A stretch of DNA of 64,000 nt, taken from NCBI GenBank assembly GCA_050230475.1, contig JBFLGF010000190.1, positions 1 to 64,000 on the forward strand, written 5' to 3'. The notes below the pieces were generated by a model. It was given only the letters and a program-made list of their open reading frames with translations, was not told the DNA's origin and did no database searches. A program made the position numbers and the translations under genes. Shown in pieces: positions 57,597 through 64,000 of the stretch. Within the stretch, counting starts at the first letter, position 1. Each line of letters starts with the position of its first letter. The stretch is from Ancylonema sp. Its lineage: Eukaryota.

Positions 57597-59279
57597 TCCA
57601 GTCTCAAGGGGAGCCGCTCCCCTTCGACAAATCGGCACCATACTTCTGGATCATTTTCTTTGCGGTCAACTTCTGCTTCATTCTCCGGATTATGCAGGTA
57701 AGAAAAGTTTCTTATGAGCGTGCAAACACAGTACATCAACATCAAATACCTGAATGCTAGACTAAATCCACAGGCAGAACGATAAATTGGAACCACACCT
57801 AGACCTCAACTCGAACTCGCATCTAAATTAGGCACCACATAGCGAACTAGTTGGGTGTGTAAACAGGGGACCTCAATGACGTGAACGTGCATCTGAATGA
57901 TAAACGAATAGGTGAACCAACGGGGCATGTAAAGTGAGCATGCATAGTATAGGATGGACGTGAACCTGCATTTGAATAATGGTATAATGAAATACATACT
58001 GATCTTTTTATGGTTGCAGGTATGCAAGCACATGATGGACAAGGGGAGGAGTTTAAGGATTTGTTGCAACACTTTCAAGTATGTGCTGACCATTCTTTTG
58101 AGCTCGAACTTTGTGGCGCACCACTTTCCCGTTGGAGAGGGGGAGGGAATGAAGAAAGTTGGTCTCATTTTGGCGATTGTGGCATCCATTTATGGTATGG
58201 GATATTGTATGTGACATAGAGATACTTGCATCGGAGGCGGAGCGGTCCTGTTGGTTGGTGGTCTATGTGGGGTACGCGGTGAGTATTTCGGAATCCAGAC
58301 TACCTTGCTCGTATGTACACTGGACACAACTCGTTTGATTACATAAATACTTTAAGATCTAGATGGCTATATAGTTGACTAGATTACATGGCCTGACGTG
58401 GAGACATATCGAAGCTTAGCCAGGGAGAGTTCGGGACTGTTAGATTTGTTGCATGGGAAAAATGGGATAGAGAGGCCATGTATTGGCAAGTGAGGATGCG
58501 GCCACTATGCCAAAAGTAGGACTTGCAAACGGAGTATGGCCGACATGGGAGGGGACCACGGGAATCGGCAAAAAAAGTTGTTGTAGAAAGAATCGTAAAT
58601 GAGGTGATAATGTGCAAAGAGAGGAAATGGTTGTAGAAGAGAAGGAAATAGAGAAGAGACTGGCCTTCGTTATTCCACGGACGGTCCATTCACATTCACT
58701 CCTCCATTCATTGATGATGGAGGAGGCAAATTGAAAGGACATGGACGTTATTAAAGCCATGGACGTATACATGGGACTTGCATCGCAACCGTTGGTCGCG
58801 TTCCTGAAAAACAAATGCGATAATCTACACGAAAGGTATTACGCTCTGGGAGAACAATTGTTATAAAAAATGAAGCATGTTGAAAAGACGGTTGTGGAAA
58901 GTGACCCTCTTGATGACAAATTGACAGGGTCCGAAGAAGCAGAGAGCGTATAATCGGGAGGACGTATAAATCGTGAGTAGAGGTGTTTGTTTATTGTGGT
59001 GTTTGTTTAGCGAGTTGAATATCACAAACCACAGAGTGAGGGTGAAGGGGGGAGGGAAAAAAGTGGTACGGGCGGCGCCAAGAAGAGTGACTTAAGAGGT
59101 GTCAACATTAAGAGGCGCATCCAGGAAATAGGGACCTACCTGACTGGTGCTCGCCCAAACAGGCCCTCCCGATCTCTCTACACCCCCCCCCAGGCTCGAC
59201 CTGTCATGACGCTAGAGATCGTTAAGGGTAAAACCCCTTTGTAACAATATCCAGACCTCTCTAGTACAATACCTTGTTA

Positions 59280-62200
59280 GAAGAAATCAGATTCGATATA
59301 AAGATTTCATGATTTTGTGTGAAGTTAGAATCAGTACTCTGCAAAATCCAACAACTTTTTGTAAACTCGAAAATAACGCGTGGCGTATTTTCCGAGTGTA
59401 ATATCCAGCAGTCGTACAATTTAGACTGCGTGTCGATTTTTCAGCGCTTAGCGCAATTTTTGTTATCGACGATGATATTTCTGACTTGTCACGATATTAT
59501 CTCGGCGATAAAATCCAGCCGTAGAATACTTGACGTCTGAATTTGTAGCGCCAAGATTAAATAATTTTCTAGAGTCGGCCTTCGATTAACCATGTCGATT
59601 AACTCTAGTCAGTTTTACGATTTCACGATCGTAGCATAAATACATTTTCATTGTACAGATATGCCAGCTTCCGCTGTCAGATTGCGCCGTCAAGAAACTT
59701 TCAAAATATCTTCTCTCAAAATCCTGTCAATTGTATTCTCTGACTTGTGCAACTCCTGGCTGACGCCAGTTCTTGCCATCATCTCCGTGTCTTGTCTCCG
59801 ATTACTCGTGCGACTACCGTCGACGAATTCTGTAAGTTGACCGAAGTGACCTTCGCAACTTCCTGTCATTACTTGTGTGTTCCGCTGACGCTCTTACGAG
59901 CCAGCCTGTGAACTTGATTGTTTACCATCACATCTTAGTGCTGACGCTCTTACTGAGCCAGTCCTAACCATCTACCACGTTGCTGACGCTCTTACTGAGC
60001 CGGAACCTTTTTGTCGATTTACATCGATCTGTTACCGCCCGTACCGAGCCAATACGATAACAACGCGCAACCACTTGTTGACGTTCTAAGTGAACCAAAC
60101 CAACCACATCCATCAATCAACATTTGTCAACGCTCCGTTTGACAGCCGAACTTTCTACTCGAAAGTTTACCTTTCGGCTGTCGATCTTAATAGTCTGCAC
60201 CAGAGTATTCTGTTTACCATCAATAATCCTTTCCAGACTTTCTATTGTTGATAGTAATTGTCGACCCGCCCTCGGCGTCAAGCCTTCCACACATTCACGC
60301 ACGAGAAAGTGGGATAGAATTAGCGTAACACCTAGTTCTCAGCACAGACTCAATCTGCAACCCAACTTAGTGAGAGCAGCCGAGCCACCTCGAACACTAC
60401 ATGAACATTCAGAAGCAAGTGCTGAAGCCGAACAATCGACTTCAGAAGTCCGAACCTACAACACTTCATCTATCCAATACTCTCCTACAACGATCAACTA
60501 CATCGACGACACCTTTTTTGAGTTCTACAGAAACCCATCATGAGTTACCGACTCCAAACCGCACGTCAGACCTGTTAATTAGACCCCCCGGGTCATCCCC
60601 CCCTCATCTGCAAGTTGTCCCCATGGAGATCGATGGGACATCGATGAGATCGATGGAGATCGATGGTAAGTAGATCCTCAAGGTGCAGCCTGGAGCGAAG
60701 CACCGACGCAAGGATGGCAATCTCTGCAAGTATGACAGTCTAGCTAGCCATGTCCTACGCATTTGCCCCACCAACCGCAACCCCCACCACCAGGTCCGCT
60801 TTGTCGAGATGTAGGAGGATGAGTTAAAAAACGACCCCCCCATGTAGTCCTAGGAAGGGTCTGCGCGGGTCCTCTGTCCCCACCCTCCCCCTTTCCCCAC
60901 CCCAGCCAACTGTTACTACATATTCAACTCCTCCAATACCCCCTCCCTCCCATCCACGTGAACGTGCTCATCGACTCCGGGGCGTCTGAGAAGTTCATTG
61001 ACCTCGGACTCCTTGCAGCACATTCCCTGGTCACCCAACCCCTCCCCTAGCCAATCCCGGTCGAGCTGATTGACGATAGTCCTCCCGCTGCCGGTCCCAT
61101 AGCGTGTTTTCACACAGCCAAGCTCCGCTCCCCGGGCTGCCACATAGAAAACATCAACCTGCATGTCACCCGCCTCTTACTCTACTATGTGGTCCTCGGT
61201 TTTCCTTGGCTGCGCACCCACAACCCTTCTTTCGACTGGCACCGGGGGGGGATCACCATTCCCCACTGCCAAGCCGACTGCCTGCACTTTAGTTTCCCTC
61301 CCCCCCTTCCCCCTCCCTTCCCCCATCCCGCACCCAAACCTACAATTTTAGCCGTTAATCACCCTTCCCCAGACCTTGCCCTATTAGCCAAGCTCCCCTA
61401 CGAGTACCACAACTTTGCATACGTGTTCTCGGAGCAGGCGGTCAACACCCTACTCACAGGCCCTACGACCTGCAGATCCCCCTCATGCCTGGCAAGGAAC
61501 TCCCTTGGGGTCCCATCTACTCCCTCTTAAAACCTGAGATGGCTACCTTCAAGACCTGCATTAAGGATAACCTTGCAAATCGCTTCACAAGAGCCGTCTA
61601 CCAGCGAGAGCTCGGGCTACCTCTAGCCCCTTGCTACAGTCACTAGGGCTCTCTAGCGAGGTCCCCACACTTAGCGCTAGAGCGCTACTAGCCTAGATTT
61701 CCCTGTAGCGAGTTCTGTCCCTATATAGCGAGATTGTGTCCCCAGCGGCCGCCTGGCCCCTAGGGATTGTTTTGATGTGTCCTTAGCCATGGCAGTTGTG
61801 CCTTCAGCGAGATTATGTTGTGTCATTAGCATATTCGTAGTGAGTTATCCCACATTGATCTTAGAGTCGACTAGGGTCAACGTAGTGAATGTTAAGAACC
61901 GCTGTCCTTTACCCCTCATACTTGAGCTGCTGGATCGCCTCCACAACGCCAACGTCTTCACCAAGATAGACCTACGCAATGCGTTTCATCAGTTTCGGGT
62001 CAAAGAAGGGGACTAGTATAAGACAACGTTCCGTTGCCGCTACGGGCATTTTGAGTACCAGGCCTGCCCTTTCGGGCCGACCACTGCCCCTGCCGCCTTT
62101 CAGTCGTTTACTACGGATGTGTTTCGGGAGTAATTGGACGCCTTCCTAGCACGCATGCTTGACGACATGATCATCTATTCAAACACTCCCGAGGATCACG

Positions 62201-62280
62201 TCCCCCACGTCCGTCCACTCCTAGCAGTCCTACGGATTCACAAACTCTATGCTAAGATCAAGAAGTGTGAGTTTCACCCT
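59280..62280 (+). mobile_element. Degenerate Ty3/Gypsy element (leader, gag end, protease, RT), truncated at ~62280, with a family-G LTR fragment at ~61600-61870
   Basis: VPMEIDG. VLIDSGASEKFID (~60960). VLGFPWLRTHNPSFDW. KNRCPLPLILELLDRLHNANVFTKIDLRNAFHQFRV, YGHFEYQACPFG, LDDMIIYS and KLYAKIKKCEF. The 5' boundary is approximate. Confidence 0.9.
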
Positions 62281-62387
62281 CTTGTTGGTTGTAAGTTATG
62301 ATACTTGTGCGAGTGTGTGTCCTGCTGCATCGATTTTGGCGCGTGACGCAGCTCGGATGTCTGTGTGGCTTATAGTAGCAAGGTAGA

Positions 62388-62905
62388 CTATCGTATTTGT
62401 TTCCCATGGTTAAAAATGAGGATCATAATCTGTCTCAACGTGTGTGAACGGTAAAATTTCCGGTGCATGGTGTCAATCATATTCAAACATTGGAACTCAA
62501 AATCTGCTAACACGTCTTCTTCATATGAGGAGATGAACATGGTTTCGTTGAAGTCTTTGCCGATGATATCGATCGATGTCCCCGGGTATCCTGCCTTGAT
62601 GCATTGAATTTGTAAATTTTGTGTAGCTCGGTGTGGCTGTGTATGGTTAATTGGAATAGATGCCATGTGTTGTTCTTCTGTGTTCCAATCAACTTCGTTA
62701 TGTATTTTTTGTGTCCATGTATCGAGCTTGACACCAAGTGGCACCAGGAATGCATTGCCAAGTAAAACCGAGAACGTGTCCGATTGTGATAATTGTAGAT
62801 GCACTTCAATCGTTGTCTGATTTTTGCCATGTCGATGGTAAATGGTAAATGGTATCTTTTTCTTCGTGGTTCCAAGTGTTTGGTATACTTCCCCAAAGAA
62901 TGTCG
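62388..62905 (-). pseudogene. Protease C-terminal fragment related to the DNMT-bearing element
   Basis: LGTTKKKIPFTI..G....EVHLQL....FSVLLGNAFLVPLGVKLDTWTQ parallels LGSTKEKIPITIGKG...TVHLHL...FDIILGNSFICPMGGYPDSWTE at 14611-15096. Confidence 0.65.
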
Positions 62906-62929
62906 ACTAAATGATGCCAAGGTCTAAAT

Positions 62930-64000
62930 CAAGCGGGGCAAGCTGACTGAAGAGCAGGAGTTTCTCCGTCAGACGCAGGAGACCGTTGCTACAGCCAAAA
63001 AGAAGATAAAAGGGATGGCGGCCGAACTCAATGTGGAGGGCAAGAAGCTCGGCCAGGGGGAGGTCTCGGTTGCGGAGGTGGTGCTCGAGGAGGCCACCAA
63101 CGAGCAGCTGATCGTCGCAGCGCGTGCGAAGCTTTCTATTGGGGAGTCTGAGTCGAACAAAAACCAGTACTTCAAAGTGCTCACTAGTCAACATGCCGTG
63201 CCCATGTGGGACCCCGAGGGTTCCATGACTTTTTCTGATTGGTTCCTTGGTGCCCGCACGACTTGTGACGATCTGGGATTTGGCGAGAGGTTGGGCATGC
63301 GGCTGATGATGCAGCGCCTGGCGAAAGAGCCAAATGATTTTTGGCGTGATTTTGAGGCCTCTCAGATTCGTGAGGGGGGGGATCCCTACACTTACTAGCA
63401 ATTTGAGGTGCAGATATTGGTGGCTTATGGCCACAACGACGCAGCAGAGAAGCATCGTTTTGCTTACTAGAGCTGCAAGCAACATGGCCCTTTTCAACAA
63501 TTCTTGCTTGAGCTGTAGACTCACCTCACTGGCATGCACCCAGAAACTCGTCCTGGTCGTATGGCGCGCATTGCGCATCTTATTGCAGCGCTGGAACTTG
63601 AAGAAGGGCGTTTTCAAGAAGGGGCCAGGCGTGGGGGGTACGTGGCCTGACTATGAGCAACTGGTTGCAGCGATAGTTGTTGTGGACGTTACCTACCAGG
63701 AGGAGAGGGACGCCGCCCGCGGCAAAGCCAAGGTCGACCCCGAGGAACTTGGCTTCCTCTATGAGGAAGCGCAATGCGGCGTTGCACGCGCAGAAGGGGG
63801 GGGGATCTGGAGGATCCGGTAACCCTGTCAAGAAAGGCACCACTTATGCCGGAGCAGTCAAGGGCGGTGAGGCCAAGACTTACTCTCGGGGGGGCAGCAG
63901 CAAGCCCCGGCTTAGTGCTGAAGCTCGGAAGAAGCTCTTCGAGGAGAAGAAGTGCTTCACATGCCACCAGCTAGGCCATTTGGCTCGTGACTGCCCTACC
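62930..64000 (+). pseudogene. Degenerate retrotransposon gag (Gypsy-like), running off the window
   Basis: ORF 63015-63398 with gag-like helical segments and in-frame stops. Terminal knuckle CFTCHQLGHLARDCP at ~63950-63997. Confidence 0.8.

Noticed and set aside
59884..60002. CRISPR-like repeat-spacer pattern
   Set aside because: Only three ~20-bp repeats with unequal spacers, no cas genes, and a eukaryotic TE context.

Overview
Eukaryotic, transposon-dense window, most likely from a green plant or streptophyte alga. This is inferred from plant-type MDAR and HNH genes with spliceosomal introns and from primer-binding sites matching plant tRNA-iMet. Only two intact host genes are visible: a 7-exon monodehydroascorbate reductase (26559-28829, +) and a convergent 3-exon plant-type HNH endonuclease-domain gene with a GC-AG intron (31475-32402, -). 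The rest is mostly nested, degenerate LTR retrotransposons. One Copia clade has a half-tRNA (Hemivirus-type) PBS GGTTATGGGCCCAC, conserved LTR hairpins and non-canonical TG...AA ends, and sits repeatedly inside other TEs. A second Copia clade has the ordinary TGGTATCAGAGC-type PBS. There are also Ty3/Gypsy remnants, solo LTRs with clean 5-bp TSDs, MITEs and a ~2.2 kb compound ATT/GAT microsatellite. The most notable element is a minus-strand Gypsy-like retroelement (~10.8-17.5 kb). It carries a frameshifted C5-cytosine DNA methyltransferase-like domain between its protease and an eroded RT remnant. All family assignments come from motif recognition by eye, with no database searches.
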